Shown piece after piece: positions 63,573-64,000 of a stretch of DNA of 64,000 nucleotides. Numbering within the stretch: position 1 is the stretch's first letter; each line of letters opens with the position of its first letter. This DNA comes from Myxococcota bacterium (lineage in GTDB: Bacteria; Myxococcota_A; UBA9160; PR03), in the NCBI GenBank assembly GCA_041611735.1, contig JBFIML010000003.1:64001-128000 (forward strand), given 5' to 3'. A program made the position numbers and the translations under genes. The notes under the pieces are model-generated. The model saw only the letters and a program-made list of their open reading frames with translations, searched no databases and was not told the origin of the DNA.

Positions 63573-64000
63573 GTGCGCATCGGGATCACGATCTTCGCCA
63601 CGGACCGGAGCATGAGTCCGCTGGAGCTGGCCCGGGAAGCCGAGGCGCGGGGCTTCCACTCCCTCTACCTGCCGGAGCACACCCACATCCCGGTGAGCCG
63701 GCGCACGCCGCCGCCCACCGGCGAGGCGGAGCTGCCCGAGGAGTACAGACGCACCCTGGACCCCTTCGTGACCCTCGCCGCGGCGGCGGCCGTGACGGAG
63801 CGCATCCGGCTCGGCACGGGCATCGCGCTGGTGGCCCAGCACGACCCCATCAACCTGGCCAAGCAGGTGGCCACGCTCGACTGGCTCTCCGGCGGACGGG
63901 TCGTACTCGGCATCGGCTTCGGCTGGAACCGGGAGGAGATGCAGGACCACGGCGTGGATCCGCGTCGGCGCCGGGCGCTCGTGCGCGAGAAGGTGCTCGC
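63573..64000 (+). CDS. LLM-class (putative F420-dependent, Rv2161c-like) oxidoreductase, 3'-truncated by window
   Basis: Not in ORF track (no stop in window); read by hand: VRIGITIFATD...AEARGFHSLYLPEHTHIP...LDPFVTL...LAKQVATLD.LSGGR..LGIGFGWN.EEM.DHG. Confidence 0.9.
   Translation, partial: MRIGITIFATDRSMSPLELAREAEARGFHSLYLPEHTHIPVSRRTPPPTGEAELPEEYRRTLDPFVTLAAAAAVTERIRLGTGIALVAQHDPINLAKQVATLDWLSGGRVVLGIGFGWNREEMQDHGVDPRRRRALVREKVL

Noticed and set aside
1-64000. Mobile elements, prophage, defence systems, tRNA/rRNA genes
   Set aside because: No transposase, integrase, phage, nuclease or structural RNA signatures recognised; nearly all of the sequence is explained by metabolic and envelope genes

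Overview
A very GC-rich (roughly 70% or more by eye, not computed), densely coding bacterial chromosome segment with about 53 protein genes. I found no rRNA, tRNA, CRISPR array, integrase or transposase. The gene mix resembles uncultured Myxococcota/deltaproteobacterial genomes (inference only). Contents in order: (1) the end of a surface-glycan operon (ABC exporter, two paralogous GT-B-like proteins, GT2 with an extra C-terminal domain, sugar C-methyltransferase, DUF4910, epimerase); (2) M1 aminopeptidase, VAT-1-like oxidoreductase, PA0069-type radical SAM, ABC-class ATPase, VOC, sugar isomerase, stand-alone sucA; (3) a DevBCA-type exporter whose ATPase is fused to a cNMP-type GAF domain, followed by a PAP2/IPC-synthase-like gene; (4) an Rsm22-like methyltransferase coupled to a GT2 that resembles the animal queuosine-tRNA galactosyltransferase (B3GNTL1/QTGAL); (5) a methanethiol oxidase-like SBP56 gene plus SCO, with no adjacent mauG; (6) a divergent steroid/branched side-chain catabolic cluster (heteromeric ACAD pair, MaoC pair, racemase-like CoA transferase, Ltp2-like aldolase, DUF35) with DUF1214 and a sulfotransferase; (7) fused IOR and an SDR; (8) an SGNH/GT-C/TPR membrane cluster; (9) crotonases, a carboxyltransferase, a large secreted beta-propeller/di-haem protein, a Cys-less isochorismatase-like protein, a P450 and an LLM oxidoreductase. 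A near-palindromic operator-like motif occurs at both 37453-37476 and 63494-63517. All family calls come from motif recognition by eye with no database search, and many start codons were re-chosen downstream of the ORF-track starts.
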